Positions 52,050 through 62,900 of a stretch of DNA of 64,000 bases are shown piece after piece. The notes beneath the pieces were generated by a model. The model had not been told where the DNA came from and did no database searches. It worked only from the letters and a program-made list of their open reading frames with translations. Source of the DNA: an uncultured Spirochaetota bacterium (GTDB lineage: Bacteria > Spirochaetota > Brevinematia > Brevinematales > JAOACQ01); assembly GCA_963768055.1 (NCBI GenBank), contig CAVYGN010000001.1, positions 992,001-1,056,000 of the forward strand, written 5' to 3'. A program made the position numbers and the translations under genes. Position 1 is the stretch's first letter; the number at the start of each line of letters is the position of its first letter.

Positions 52050-55000
52050 ATGTCTAAATCCATGGTGATGATGGATGGTAATAACGCGGCGTCGCATGTA
52101 GCTTACGCTTTTTCCGAGGTAGCTGCTATTTATCCGATAACACCTTCATCGACAATGGCTGAATTTTGCGACGATTGGTCGAGCGAAGGAAAAAAGAACA
52201 TGTTCGGCGACGTAGTTAAAATAAGTGAAATGCAGTCGGAAGGCGGAGCCGCAGGTGCCGTTCACGGCTCGCTGCAGGCGGGTGCGCTTACAACGACTTT
52301 CACATGCTCGCAGGGGCTTTTGCTTATGATCCCCAACATGTATAAAATTGCAGGAGAACTACTGCCCGGCGTATTTCATGTCAGTGCGAGAACGGTTGCG
52401 GCCCATGCGCTTTCGATTTTCGGTGACCATTCGGATGTTATGGCCTGCAGGCAGACAGGTTTTGCAATGCTGGCTTCAAGTTCGGTACAGGAAATACTCG
52501 ATATCGCTCCTGTGGCTCATCTGGCGGCAATAAAAACAAGAATTCCTTTTTTGCATTTCTTTGACGGTTTCAGGACCTCCGCCGAAGTTCAGAAGGCTGA
52601 AGCCCTCGAATATACGGATTATGAAAAACTCCTTGATAAAAAGGCCCTCGACGAATTCAAGAAAAGGGCATTATCGCCCGAGAAACCGGTTACCAGGGGA
52701 ACGGCCCAGAACCCCGATATCTTTTTCCAGGCGAAAGAATCTTCAAACAAGTTTTACGATACTGTTCCGGACGCTGTGGAAGCATATATGCAGGAAATGA
52801 AAAAGCTTACCGGAAGGGAATATCATCCTTTCAATTATTATGGGGCTAAAGACGCTGAAAATATCATCGTAGCCATGGGTTCGGTTACCGACCTTGCAGA
52901 ACCCGTTATTGATTATTTATTAAAAAAAGGTGAAAAGATCGGCATAATCACAGTTCATCTCTACAGGCCTTTCTCTGCAAAATATTTCTTTAATGTTCTT
53001 CCCAAAACTGTTAAGAGAATCGCGGTTCTTGACAGGAGTAAAGAACCAGGTGCTATGGGAGATCCTCTTTACCTGGATGTAAGGAACATTTTTTATAACA
53101 GGGAAAACGCGCCTATGATTATCGGCGGCAGGTTTGGGTTGGCCTCCAAGGATACCACTCCCGAGCAGATTATTGCGGTTTACAATAATCTAAAGACGAA
53201 AGAACCTAAAGATCAATTTACTGTCGGAATCGTAGACGATGTCACATTCAAATCGCTTCCTGTCGGTGAAAGTGTCGACGTATGCCCCGAAGGCACTTTC
53301 GAAGCTAAATTTTACGGAATAGGTTCGGATGGGACTGTAGGCGCGAATAAGAATTCAATCAAAATAATCGGCGACAACACTGAAAAATACGCTCAAGCGT
53401 ATTTCGCTTATGATTCAAAAAAATCTGGCGGAATAACAATTTCCCATCTCCGTTTCGGTGATAAGCCTATCCGGCTGCCTTATTATGTAACCAATCCCGG
53501 TTTTGTGGCCTGCCATGTGAGTTCGTATCTTGATAAATACGATATGATAAGGGGATTGAAGAGGGGCGGAACGTTCCTGCTCAACAGCATCTGGAATGAA
53601 AAGCAGGTTGCAGAGCATATACCTGCTTATATGAAAAAGTATATGGCTGAAAACGATATTCAATTTTATGTTATAAACGCGACAGAGATCGCCGAAGGGC
53701 TGGGGCTGGGCGGAAGAACCAACACTATAATGCAGTCGGCATTTTTCAAACTCGCAAATGTCATCCCGTACGCTGACGCGCTCAAGTTTATGAAAAAGGC
53801 CATTTATAAGACCTATGGAAGAAAGGGAGACGACATTGTAAATATGAACTATGCCGCGATAGAAAAGGGCGGAGAAGTTAAAAAAGTAGATATCTCTGCT
53901 AAGTGGAAAGAATTGAACGTAATGGAAGAGAAAAACAAAGATCTGCCTGATTTTGTAAAGAATATAATGATACCTATGAACGCACAGGAAGGCGATGATC
54001 TTCCTGTAAGTAGTTTTTTGGGGATCGAGGATGGAACATTCCCGACCGCAACAACCCAGTATGAAAAAAGAGGCATAGCTGTCAATGTTCCCGAATGGTT
54101 GCCGGATTATTGTACTCAATGCAATCAATGTTCGTTTGTCTGTCCGCATGCTGTGATAAGGCCTTTCCTGATAGATGAAAAGGAAATGAAGGGCCTGACC
54201 GGAGGAACAAAGACATTAAAAGCCGTTGGAAAAGGTTTTGAAAATTTCCAGTATAAAATCCAGGTCAGTGTGATGGATTGCACAGGCTGTGGAAATTGCG
54301 CGGATGTATGCCCAGGGAAACAGAATAATAAGGCTCTTGTTATGAAACCGCTGGAAAGTCAGAAAGAAGAGATTGTCCGCTGGAATTATATTTCTGAAAA
54401 TGTAACATATAAAGACACCTTGATGAGTAAATCGACCCTTAAGGGAAGTCAGTTTGCGCGGCCTTTGTTTGAATACTCGGGTTCCTGCGCCGGATGCGGG
54501 GAGACGCCTTATATTAAAGTTATCACTCAGCTCTTCGGTGAAAGAATGGTCGTAGCTAACGCAACGGGTTGTTCTTCGATTTATGGAGGTTCAGCTCCGG
54601 CAATGCCTTACTGTGTCAATTCGGAAGGGCATGGTCCGGCATGGGCTAATTCGCTCTTCGAGGACAATGCCGAATATGGTTTCGGCATGGTGATAGCTGA
54701 CCGCCATCAAAAGGACCGGATTGAGACCCTTATGAAAAAAGCCATTGAAAAAGGGGTTTCTGAGGAAATCAAATCCGTTTTCGAAGAATGGATGCAAAGC
54801 AGAAATGATAGTGAAAAATCAAAAGTTTCCGCTGATAAGGTAAAACTTTTGCTGAATAAAGAAAAATCAGGCATCCTCGGCGATATAAAAAATCTTGAGA
54901 ATTACCTTATAAAAAAATCTCACTGGGTTATCGGCGGAGACGGCTGGGCCTATGATATCGGATACGGCGGCCTCGACCATGTTCTGTCAATGGGCGAAGA

Positions 55001-55562
55001 CATAAATTTGCTTGTTCTGGACACTGAGGTTTATTCCAACACCGGCGGCCAGGCTTCGAAATCCACTCCTACCGCAGCCATAGCCAGGTTCGCCGCTTCA
55101 GGTAAAAAGACCCGTAAAAAAGACCTTGGAATGATGGCTATCAGCTACGGGTATGTTTATGTTGCACAGGTCGCTATGGGGGCTAATAAAGTGCAATTCC
55201 TGAAGGCTATTTCCGAAGCCGAAAGCTATCCGGGGCCTTCCCTTATAATAGCTTATTCCCCCTGTATCCAGCAGGGTATTCATGCCGGTATGGGAAAATC
55301 CCAGGAAGAAGAAAAGTTAGCTGTGGATTCAGGCTATTGGCATCTCTACCGCTATAACCCTCTCCTTGAGAGTGAAGGTAAAAACCCGTTTACCCTGGAT
55401 TCGAAAGAGCCTGTTTCAAGCTACAGGAATTTTATGATGGGTGAAATCAGATTCTCCTCGCTCGTTAAAATATTTCCTGATAAGGCTGAAGAACTCCTCA
55501 AATCGGCTGAATTGAATGCAAATATACGATACCGGAATTACAAGAAGCTTTCCGGACAATAA
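52050..55562 (+). CDS. nifJ: Pyruvate:ferredoxin (flavodoxin) oxidoreductase
   Basis: YPITPSS, EMQSEGGAAG, CTQCNQCSFVCP, CTGCGNCADVCP, SCAGCGE, GGDGWAYDIG. Confidence 0.97.
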   Translation: MSKSMVMMDGNNAASHVAYAFSEVAAIYPITPSSTMAEFCDDWSSEGKKNMFGDVVKISEMQSEGGAAGAVHGSLQAGALTTTFTCSQGLLLMIPNMYKIAGELLPGVFHVSARTVAAHALSIFGDHSDVMACRQTGFAMLASSSVQEILDIAPVAHLAAIKTRIPFLHFFDGFRTSAEVQKAEALEYTDYEKLLDKKALDEFKKRALSPEKPVTRGTAQNPDIFFQAKESSNKFYDTVPDAVEAYMQEMKKLTGREYHPFNYYGAKDAENIIVAMGSVTDLAEPVIDYLLKKGEKIGIITVHLYRPFSAKYFFNVLPKTVKRIAVLDRSKEPGAMGDPLYLDVRNIFYNRENAPMIIGGRFGLASKDTTPEQIIAVYNNLKTKEPKDQFTVGIVDDVTFKSLPVGESVDVCPEGTFEAKFYGIGSDGTVGANKNSIKIIGDNTEKYAQAYFAYDSKKSGGITISHLRFGDKPIRLPYYVTNPGFVACHVSSYLDKYDMIRGLKRGGTFLLNSIWNEKQVAEHIPAYMKKYMAENDIQFYVINATEIAEGLGLGGRTNTIMQSAFFKLANVIPYADALKFMKKAIYKTYGRKGDDIVNMNYAAIEKGGEVKKVDISAKWKELNVMEEKNKDLPDFVKNIMIPMNAQEGDDLPVSSFLGIEDGTFPTATTQYEKRGIAVNVPEWLPDYCTQCNQCSFVCPHAVIRPFLIDEKEMKGLTGGTKTLKAVGKGFENFQYKIQVSVMDCTGCGNCADVCPGKQNNKALVMKPLESQKEEIVRWNYISENVTYKDTLMSKSTLKGSQFARPLFEYSGSCAGCGETPYIKVITQLFGERMVVANATGCSSIYGGSAPAMPYCVNSEGHGPAWANSLFEDNAEYGFGMVIADRHQKDRIETLMKKAIEKGVSEEIKSVFEEWMQSRNDSEKSKVSADKVKLLLNKEKSGILGDIKNLENYLIKKSHWVIGGDGWAYDIGYGGLDHVLSMGEDINLLVLDTEVYSNTGGQASKSTPTAAIARFAASGKKTRKKDLGMMAISYGYVYVAQVAMGANKVQFLKAISEAESYPGPSLIIAYSPCIQQGIHAGMGKSQEEEKLAVDSGYWHLYRYNPLLESEGKNPFTLDSKEPVSSYRNFMMGEIRFSSLVKIFPDKAEELLKSAELNANIRYRNYKKLSGQ

Positions 55563-55687
55563 ATAAAACCCGGGCCTTTATAATTTTTATAAGTCAAGCT
55601 AATGATTCTCATCCTTTTAGCCGAAAAATACAAACAGGGAACTCTTGTTTTACATGGATATCATAACCCTTACAAAGGGGACATCTT

Positions 55688-57586
55688 ATGACAAAAAAGA
55701 AAACTCTTCTGGTTCTTCTTCTAGTTGTTTCTCTGGCTTTAATGCTGGTAATCGTTTATTTTATTAAAACGAAATTCGGCTATTTCGGAGATTCATATCA
55801 TCAATATATTGAGAATATAGCTCTTAATTACGATACGACAGTCGAAACCAATATGAGTAGGATCAATTCGGAAATAAAATATCTGTCATCTGATAAGCTG
55901 GTTAAATCCGTTTTTGAAAGTTCAAGCCGCGGAGAGGATACTGAAAAATACTTCGACGATTTCGATAAAATAAGGAATTCAATCCCGGAATGCCAGAAAC
56001 TTCAGATTCTTGATTCAATCGGCAATATCATATTTTCAGTTGAAACAAACGAGATAAATAATATAAGGATCGTCAGGCCTATCATGGCTTCGGTAAGAGA
56101 TCATCTTTCGACAAATGATTTTACTTATATTTATCTTCTTAACAAGGATTCGCTGGCGGCATTTTATAACGTTGCCCCTGAAATCTCGTCCACGACTAAC
56201 GGCGGCTATGTAGTGATTTATTACAAGATGAGCAAACTTTTTGCAGGTATATCGTCAGGACAGATCGTAGCGGACGGAGCTATATCGAATATGCTGATAA
56301 CCAGTAAAATTAGTTTAAATAATAACAATGTGAATTATCTCCTGAATTATATGAAAAACCCTGAAATGTATAAAAAAATAGAAAAAAATGAAAAAAGCGT
56401 TTTTGTTGTTAGAAAAAATATACATGGAATTGAAGTCCTGTATTATCCGTCAAATGAGAGACCGATACCGGTTATCGGATGGATAGCCCTTGTAGCATGT
56501 CTTCTGTTTTTTATTCTGGTAGTAATCGCCCTTATAATGATCATGAGGGATGAAAAGTTAATATCTGATATGCCTATAAAACCTGTTAATATTAACATCC
56601 ATGAAGAAGGGTCAGTCGAAAAACCTGATGAAATAAAAACATTGATCAATGATATCGAAGGCAACAAACTCTATGAAGAAAAGGAGGCGAAAAAAAGTAT
56701 TGAAGATATGATCATGTCGAACGGGATCAATTTAACCGAAGCCTTCCCTGTAGCTGAAGATGAGAATATCGCCTTAAAAGATGATATATATGGCCCCGAT
56801 ACAAAAATAGAAATTGCCGAACCTTCAATGATTTCCGAAGACGGCGGGATCGATACCTTTGAATCGGTAAAGCCTACAAAACAAACGGATCTTTTCGCTG
56901 AAGAAGAAAGAATATTGAGTAATATTGAATCGCAGGTTCCGCACAAAGAGGAAAGCTCGGTAAAAATCGGGGACCTGGGGGAAGAAGATGAGTTCATGCT
57001 GAACGAATCTTTCAATGAATCGGAATTTCCTGTTTTCGATGTCCCGGCAGCAGAGGAACAAGTTGCTTTTGAAGCTCCTGCCATTCCGGAAATAAAGGAA
57101 GTTCGGGCAGAGGAGCCGATGATCGAAAATCTTCCGGAAGATATTATGATGGAGCCCCCGCAAAAAATAAGTTCGATTTTAACAGTGGAAGATTATGGCA
57201 AATTAGCCATTGATCTTGCTAAAAATAGCCTGAATATAAATAAAATCCTTATTCTTGAAAAGCATGAAAATGAGTATATTCCCATAATAAAAGAGGGGCT
57301 CGCGGCTGACAATTTCAAGATTATGCCGAACGACCCTATTTTTACCATGTTCCTATCCGGGGGAAAAGGCCTTGATATAAAGGGTAGGATCTATGAAACA
57401 AGATATTTTATGGAAAGGTTCAAACCGGAAGATATTAGAGATATTGATGAAGTTTTTATTACTCCAATTATCAAAAATAAAGAAATTACAGGCATTGCTA
57501 TTTATTTAAAACAACAAGGGATTCACGAACCGACTCACTTCCAGAAATCCGAACTGCTGAACCTGAGTTTTCTACAGGATCAATAA
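55688..57586 (+). CDS. Hypothetical 2-TM protein with extracytoplasmic domain, acidic linker and C-terminal GAF-like domain
   Basis: TM at the N-terminus and at about aa 262-285. E/D/P-rich region. C-terminal FITPIIKNKEITGIAIY. Confidence 0.7.
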   Translation: MTKKKTLLVLLLVVSLALMLVIVYFIKTKFGYFGDSYHQYIENIALNYDTTVETNMSRINSEIKYLSSDKLVKSVFESSSRGEDTEKYFDDFDKIRNSIPECQKLQILDSIGNIIFSVETNEINNIRIVRPIMASVRDHLSTNDFTYIYLLNKDSLAAFYNVAPEISSTTNGGYVVIYYKMSKLFAGISSGQIVADGAISNMLITSKISLNNNNVNYLLNYMKNPEMYKKIEKNEKSVFVVRKNIHGIEVLYYPSNERPIPVIGWIALVACLLFFILVVIALIMIMRDEKLISDMPIKPVNINIHEEGSVEKPDEIKTLINDIEGNKLYEEKEAKKSIEDMIMSNGINLTEAFPVAEDENIALKDDIYGPDTKIEIAEPSMISEDGGIDTFESVKPTKQTDLFAEEERILSNIESQVPHKEESSVKIGDLGEEDEFMLNESFNESEFPVFDVPAAEEQVAFEAPAIPEIKEVRAEEPMIENLPEDIMMEPPQKISSILTVEDYGKLAIDLAKNSLNINKILILEKHENEYIPIIKEGLAADNFKIMPNDPIFTMFLSGGKGLDIKGRIYETRYFMERFKPEDIRDIDEVFITPIIKNKEITGIAIYLKQQGIHEPTHFQKSELLNLSFLQDQ

Positions 57587-57589
57587 TCC

Positions 57590-58465
57590 ATGCTTTTATC
57601 CGTATCCGCTTTAGTTATTCTTGCCGGAATATTTTTTTTATACGCTTATTTTATCGAAACCGGTCTGATTCATGTCATCAGGTCAAGGATTAGAACATCA
57701 GGGATAATGGGGAGGTATACGTTCCTCCATATTACAGATCTTCATCTTTATAAAAAAATGAGAAAAGGAAATTTAAACAAAATAAAAGATACACTTAAAT
57801 TATGGGCGGATTGGGTCAAGTTCGATTTTATTTTTATAACAGGCGATTTCATTGACGATAACTCGGGAATTACAATGATAAAGGATGTTGTAGGAGAATT
57901 AAAATCTAGATTCGGCAAATACGCCGTTTTAGGCAACCATGATTATTTCCAGTATAATTTTCTTCATATATTCAATCCCTTGTTTTTTTCCAGGGATAAA
58001 AAACCAACAGATATCAGAGCCTTAAAAAACGCTCTTTTAGACGCGGATATTAAGCTGCTAATAAATCAGACGGAAAAGACAGCCGTCCAGGCCGATGAAA
58101 TATGGATAACCGGTATTGACAGTAAGTTTTTCAAAGAAAAAAGATTACACGAAATACAGTTTCCGGGGGGTAAAGGACTGGCAATAGTCCTTTCGCATTA
58201 TCCCGAGGCGATAAATTACTACAGGGGTAAAGCTGATATCTTTCTGTCGGGCCATACTCATGGAGGGCAGATTACCTTTTTCGGCGTTCCGCTGATCATA
58301 AAAAGCGGTATAAAGAAAAGATATTCCAGGGGAATTTCAGCGCATGGCGACACAGCTTTGTACGTTTCAAAAGGTCTGGGTGTAAGCAGGTATTTTCCAT
58401 TCAGGTTTTTTGCGAGGCCTGATTTTAACATAGTTGACATTTTAGGAGAAAATCATGAAAATTAA
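57590..58465 (+). CDS. Metallophosphoesterase
   Basis: TDLH, TGDFID, GNHD, LSHYP, SGHTHGGQ. Confidence 0.92.
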   Translation: MLLSVSALVILAGIFFLYAYFIETGLIHVIRSRIRTSGIMGRYTFLHITDLHLYKKMRKGNLNKIKDTLKLWADWVKFDFIFITGDFIDDNSGITMIKDVVGELKSRFGKYAVLGNHDYFQYNFLHIFNPLFFSRDKKPTDIRALKNALLDADIKLLINQTEKTAVQADEIWITGIDSKFFKEKRLHEIQFPGGKGLAIVLSHYPEAINYYRGKADIFLSGHTHGGQITFFGVPLIIKSGIKKRYSRGISAHGDTALYVSKGLGVSRYFPFRFFARPDFNIVDILGENHEN

Positions 58466-59102
58466 ATTAATTTTTATATGTGCAGCCGTTCTTTATGCTT
58501 CACAAATTTATCCGGATATGAAGAGCGGCTTCAATAATTTAAGGAATTCATACAGAGACGGCAGATATATCGGCATCATTAATAGCAGTTCAGATATAAT
58601 CGATGCCGTTTGCAGTGAAATCATTTTAAACTTCTACAGGGTTATGCCGGATATTCAAAATTATGCGATTTCAAATTCTAACAGTTCTTATAATTTTTCG
58701 GAAGGCGACGGGCTGACGGATTACTTGATATCAGTTGAAAAAATATTTACCAACAGTGATGAGACTGCGGTAATGACAATCAGTTCTTCCCCCTTTGATG
58801 TGGAAAGGTATGATAATCTGATCGGTAATTACGAGTATTTAAACAATAAGGGGGATTATGAAAGATATTATATAACATTTAATAAATTAAATTATTTTTA
58901 CATAATAGATAACTATACAGCGTATTTTACTTTTACAATAGAAAAAAATAAAGATTCAGATGAAATTATATCGGGTTTGCTGTTCAAACTTAATTTTTCA
59001 AAAGGTGTAAAAAACAATGTAAAAAAAGCGATAATAGAAAACTGCATGAATAATTTTATTATCAAGCTAAAGAGCGGAAACCTGGTCAACTTTTTGAAAT
59101 AG
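58455..59102 (+). CDS. Hypothetical exported protein
   Basis: RBS aggag. Signal-like N-terminus. Confidence 0.65.
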   Translation: MKIKLIFICAAVLYASQIYPDMKSGFNNLRNSYRDGRYIGIINSSSDIIDAVCSEIILNFYRVMPDIQNYAISNSNSSYNFSEGDGLTDYLISVEKIFTNSDETAVMTISSSPFDVERYDNLIGNYEYLNNKGDYERYYITFNKLNYFYIIDNYTAYFTFTIEKNKDSDEIISGLLFKLNFSKGVKNNVKKAIIENCMNNFIIKLKSGNLVNFLK

Positions 59103-59817
59103 GCTCGTCAGAAAGTTCTGAAAGTATCTTACGCACTGTTCCTGCCATATCTTTCTTGTCCGAGATTGAGCGTCCCATAACAATATAATCGGAACCTGAA
59201 TCTTTTGCTTCGGATGGGGTCATAACTCTTCTTTGATCGTCTGTTACTTCCTCTTTCATCCTGATCCCGGGCGTAACAAGTATGGCTTCTCCGCCAAGTT
59301 CTTTCCTGAGCAGCCTGACTTCCAATGGAGAACATACAAAACCCCTGATTCCTTCGTTATATCCCATTCTGGCAAGATGACTGATCATATCGTTTAATTT
59401 AATATTTATTTTCATCTCATTCTTCATTATATGTTCGTTCATGCTTGTAAGGATTGTCACACCAAGCGGTATAGGGGCCTCTTTGACAGGACATCGGGCC
59501 ATACATTCGCTTATTCCGTTTAGTACGGCACGGATCATCTCCTTGCCTCCGAGGAGATGAAAGGTGAACATTTTTACTTTCATATAACCTGCTACAAAAC
59601 TTACACCCTTAACGGTGTTTGGAATGTCAAAAAACTTGAGATCGAGAAAAATTGATTTCCCAAGGGAATTGATATAATCTATTATCTTATTTCCTTCAGC
59701 TGTATAGAGAATACTGCCGACTTTGAAGGTATCGATCAGGGGTGATAATTCGTCGATTATGTGCCTTGCCTCAATAAAATTATCCGTATCGAGGGCCATA
59801 ATTAGCTTTGTTCCCAC
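59086..59817 (-). CDS. pyrF: Orotidine-5'-phosphate decarboxylase
   Basis: ALD, FKVG, FLDLKFFDIPNTV, VTILTS, VTPGIR, DDQRRVMTP, VMGR. Confidence 0.96.
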   Translation of the reverse strand: MGTKLIMALDTDNFIEARHIIDELSPLIDTFKVGSILYTAEGNKIIDYINSLGKSIFLDLKFFDIPNTVKGVSFVAGYMKVKMFTFHLLGGKEMIRAVLNGISECMARCPVKEAPIPLGVTILTSMNEHIMKNEMKINIKLNDMISHLARMGYNEGIRGFVCSPLEVRLLRKELGGEAILVTPGIRMKEEVTDDQRRVMTPSEAKDSGSDYIVMGRSISDKKDMAGTVRKILSELSDEPISKS

Positions 59818-59966
59818 TTTATTTCCTCCCAGGATTGACCTGATTTATTATTATGATTATTATAGATTATAATTTGTAATTTGAAAAATAAGAGGGATTA
59901 AATTTTATCGCATGTTTATGCCGATATAATGATCAGATTTATTATTTTATTATTAAGAAGGTATAT

Positions 59967-60341
59967 GTGAAAGGGATTTTAGTTGCGATCTTTTCGGGGT
60001 TATTAGTTGTATCATTATGTGCATGCTCGGGAAAACCGGTGAGGCCGAATCAGGGATCAAACTTTTCCCAGACAAGGGGCCAGAATCAAAATCAGCTTAG
60101 ATACGAAAATAGTACTTTTAAAAATCCGGTCAATAATGCTTATCAAACAAGGACCTTCAGGAAGACCGGACCTATTTTCGGGCTCAATTTAAGAAAACTA
60201 TTTGGTTCTTTCAGGTTCAATATCAATGAAACTATAAGTGATAATTTCGCGGCGTTGATCGTTGTATTTGCAGTTCTTCTTGTTATAGGTTTCATTGTTT
60301 TTCAAAACCGCAGGAGTGTTAGAAAAGGCTCTTATCGTTAA
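59967..60341 (+). CDS. Hypothetical lipoprotein with C-terminal TM
   Basis: Lipobox-like LCAC. C-terminal hydrophobic segment followed by RRSVRK. Confidence 0.6.
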   Translation: MKGILVAIFSGLLVVSLCACSGKPVRPNQGSNFSQTRGQNQNQLRYENSTFKNPVNNAYQTRTFRKTGPIFGLNLRKLFGSFRFNINETISDNFAALIVVFAVLLVIGFIVFQNRRSVRKGSYR

Positions 60342-60354
60342 GAGATTCTAAGAA

Positions 60355-61842
60355 ATGATTCTTGAGAGAAAGAGCGGAATTTTACTTCACCCTACATCGC
60401 TTCCTGGAATATTCGGTATCGGGGCTCTTGGTAATAATGCCTTTGAATTTGTCGATTTCTTATCGGAATGCGGTATTGCTCTATGGCAGATATGCCCCCT
60501 CGGTCCTACAGGTTATGGTGATTCTCCTTATCAATGTTTCTCCGCATTCGCGGGAAACCCTCTATTGATAGATATTGAAAAGCTGGTCAATCAGGGTTTA
60601 CTTCTTGAAAAGGACCTGAATATTGAAATGAATTTTGATGAAGATAATATTGATTTTGGAAAGGTTCTTCAGTATAAAATTCCCCTGTTAAAAAAGGCGG
60701 GTGAAAATTTTTATCATGATAAAAACGCCTCTTCCGGCAGGGATTTTTCTTTTTACTGTGAAAAACAATCTTTCTGGCTGGATGATTATTCGCTTTTCAT
60801 GGCTTTAAAAAATTTTCATGGGGGGACTGGCTGGTCAACATGGAAAAATGAATATAAAAACAAAAACCCCGAAGAAATAAACATTTTCAGGAAAAAATAT
60901 AAAGAAGAAATACTTTTCCATAAATTTATACAATATACATTCTACAGACAATGGAAAGATTTAAAAACATACGCCAATGAAAAAAATATTTCGATCATAG
61001 GCGATATTCCCCTGTTTGTCTCTTTTGACAGCGCTGATGCATGGGCTCATCCGGAATATTTTCAATTTGACTCTTCACTGGAACCCTTAAAAGTAGCCGG
61101 AGTTCCCCCGGACTATTTCAGTTCAACCGGACAGCTATGGGGAAATCCGCTCTATGACTGGAAAAAACTTAAAGACTTAAAATATGAATGGTGGTTAAAA
61201 CGCCTGAAAATAAACTTTGAATTGTATGATCTTGTAAGGCTGGACCATTTCAGGGGTTTTGCGGCATACTGGGCGGTCCCTTACGGTGATAAAACTGCAG
61301 TAAATGGAAAATGGGAGAATGGTCCTGGGGGAGATTTTTTTAAAGCTATGGGAAAAACAATAGGTAAATTGCCGATAATAGCGGAGGATCTGGGGGTAAT
61401 AACACCTGATGTGGAACGTTTAAGAGATGATTTCGGATTTCCCGGTATGAAAGTGCTTCAATTTGCGTTCGATGAAGGCCCAGACAACCCTTATCTGCCG
61501 CATAATTATGCATCTAACGCAGTAGTTTATACCGGTACGCATGATAATGATACAATTAGGGGCTGGTATGAGAAATTGAAACCGGATATCAGATTATTTA
61601 TTAACGATTACATTGATCTTCAAGACAGAGAAATAAATTGGGGGCTTATAAGGCTCGCCTGGTCATCGAATGCGGCTTTTGCTGTAACACCTCTTCAGGA
61701 CGTGCTGGGGCTCGGCAGCGAGGGCAGGCTGAATATTCCGGGAACGGCGTCCGGCAACTGGCGATGGAGGTATAGAAAAGGGGCAATCGACGGCGAAATA
61801 AAAGCGAAACTGCAGCGGCTCAATTACCTGTATGGCAGATGA
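60355..61842 (+). CDS. malQ: 4-alpha-glucanotransferase (amylomaltase)
   Basis: SGILLHPTSLP, GVPPDYFSSTGQLWGNP, RLDHFRG, IAEDLG, YTGTHDNDT. Confidence 0.97.
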   Translation: MILERKSGILLHPTSLPGIFGIGALGNNAFEFVDFLSECGIALWQICPLGPTGYGDSPYQCFSAFAGNPLLIDIEKLVNQGLLLEKDLNIEMNFDEDNIDFGKVLQYKIPLLKKAGENFYHDKNASSGRDFSFYCEKQSFWLDDYSLFMALKNFHGGTGWSTWKNEYKNKNPEEINIFRKKYKEEILFHKFIQYTFYRQWKDLKTYANEKNISIIGDIPLFVSFDSADAWAHPEYFQFDSSLEPLKVAGVPPDYFSSTGQLWGNPLYDWKKLKDLKYEWWLKRLKINFELYDLVRLDHFRGFAAYWAVPYGDKTAVNGKWENGPGGDFFKAMGKTIGKLPIIAEDLGVITPDVERLRDDFGFPGMKVLQFAFDEGPDNPYLPHNYASNAVVYTGTHDNDTIRGWYEKLKPDIRLFINDYIDLQDREINWGLIRLAWSSNAAFAVTPLQDVLGLGSEGRLNIPGTASGNWRWRYRKGAIDGEIKAKLQRLNYLYGR

Positions 61843-61876
61843 GTATCTCCGACTGGTTTGCAAGGGATAAAATCCT

Positions 61877-62731
61877 TTATTTTTTTTTCTTTACTTTTAC
61901 TTCAATGACTTCAGGTTCTTCCCCTGTTTCAATGATCTCTTCTTTTGGAACTTTATGAGTTTTAGTAGCTTTTTGAGGAGCTGGAGCGTTTTCATGATCT
62001 ATAAGCCATGATTTATAATATAAATACCGGAAACAATGGGGGCATTGATAGATATCGATATTTTCCGATTTCAGGTCTTCTCCCAGCTCTCCCTGAAGGT
62101 TAGTCGGGAGGACTGTATAACAGCCGGCGCAAGCGTCCTGTTCAACTTCGACAATAGCCGTTCCGCCGGTCTTTTTGATAAGCGACTCGTAATATTCAAT
62201 GAACTGAAGATCGAATTCAGCCCTTAATTTATTCTGGTCTTTTTGAGTTTTATCAAGTTCTTTTTTATATTCTTTTTTAATGGAATTTATGTGTTCGTCA
62301 AGTTCGGAAATTTTGGTATCGTTTTCTAATATTTTAAAGCTGATCTTTTCAAGTTCGACTTTCATTTCAAGTTGTTTGGCCGTATCGTAATCGATCTGGG
62401 CCTGAATCAGGGACAACTCCTGCTGCTGCTTTTCCATTTCTTTTTCCCAGGATTTGATCTGCCGGGCTATCTTTATCTTATCTTTGCCATCGTCAAGGCT
62501 TTTAATGCGTTTATTGATTTCGTCCCTTTTGCCCAGTTCCTCGTTTATTTTTTTGTTCATTTCATTGATATTCGTCTGTATTTCATTACTTGATGTAAGA
62601 AGGCCTTCGTTTTCAAGTTTGACCTTATCCATCTTTTTTTCTTCTTCGGAATAAAGGTTCTTGATTTCATTTTCTCTGTTATACAAGACCTGTAATTGAA
62701 CCAGGTTTTTTATTCTTGTAATATTCTCCAT
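61877..62731 (-). CDS. C4 zinc-ribbon coiled-coil protein (CT398/DUF164 family)
   Basis: Long coiled coil, then CAGC...CPHCFRYLY. Start reset to ATG 62731 (RBS ggag) because the longer ORF overlaps the tRNA. Confidence 0.88.
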   Translation of the reverse strand: MENITRIKNLVQLQVLYNRENEIKNLYSEEEKKMDKVKLENEGLLTSSNEIQTNINEMNKKINEELGKRDEINKRIKSLDDGKDKIKIARQIKSWEKEMEKQQQELSLIQAQIDYDTAKQLEMKVELEKISFKILENDTKISELDEHINSIKKEYKKELDKTQKDQNKLRAEFDLQFIEYYESLIKKTGGTAIVEVEQDACAGCYTVLPTNLQGELGEDLKSENIDIYQCPHCFRYLYYKSWLIDHENAPAPQKATKTHKVPKEEIIETGEEPEVIEVKVKKKK

Positions 62732-62786
62732 TTTAACTCCTTGATAAGATGGGATTCTGGTGCATGAGTATCGATCTTTAAAGATA

Positions 62787-62860
62787 TGGGCCCACCTGGG
62801 CTCGAACCAGGGACCCACTGATTATGAGTCAGTTGCTCTAACCGGCTGAGCTATGGGCCC
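62787..62860 (-). tRNA. tRNA with CAT anticodon, Ile2 (lysidine) type; CCA not encoded
   Basis: GGGCCCA-TAGCTCAGCCGGTTAGAGC-A-ACTGA-CT-CAT-AA-TCAGT-GGGTC-CCTGG-TTCGAGC-CCAGG-TGGGCCC-A. G1-C72 paired and no 3 G-C anticodon stem, so not fMet. Confidence 0.93.
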
Positions 62861-62900
62861 TAAAAATACTTAAATATTTTAATTTCTAATAGTGTTTTAG

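Noticed and set aside
59899..59927. Sigma-28-like TAAA...GCCGATAT upstream of 59967 (similar GCCGAAAA at 55620, CCGATAT upstream of fliD)
   Set aside because: Spacing is 16-17 rather than 15, or the -35 is missing. Cannot be supported without genome-wide motif data.
62732..62818. N-terminal extension of ORF 61877..62818
   Set aside because: It overlaps the tRNA gene. A better ATG with RBS lies at 62731.
62851..62860. ctatgggccc shared between the tRNA 5' end and MITE copies A and B, suggesting att sites
   Set aside because: Only 10 nt, at the wrong end of the tRNA for a typical attachment site, and no integrase is present.
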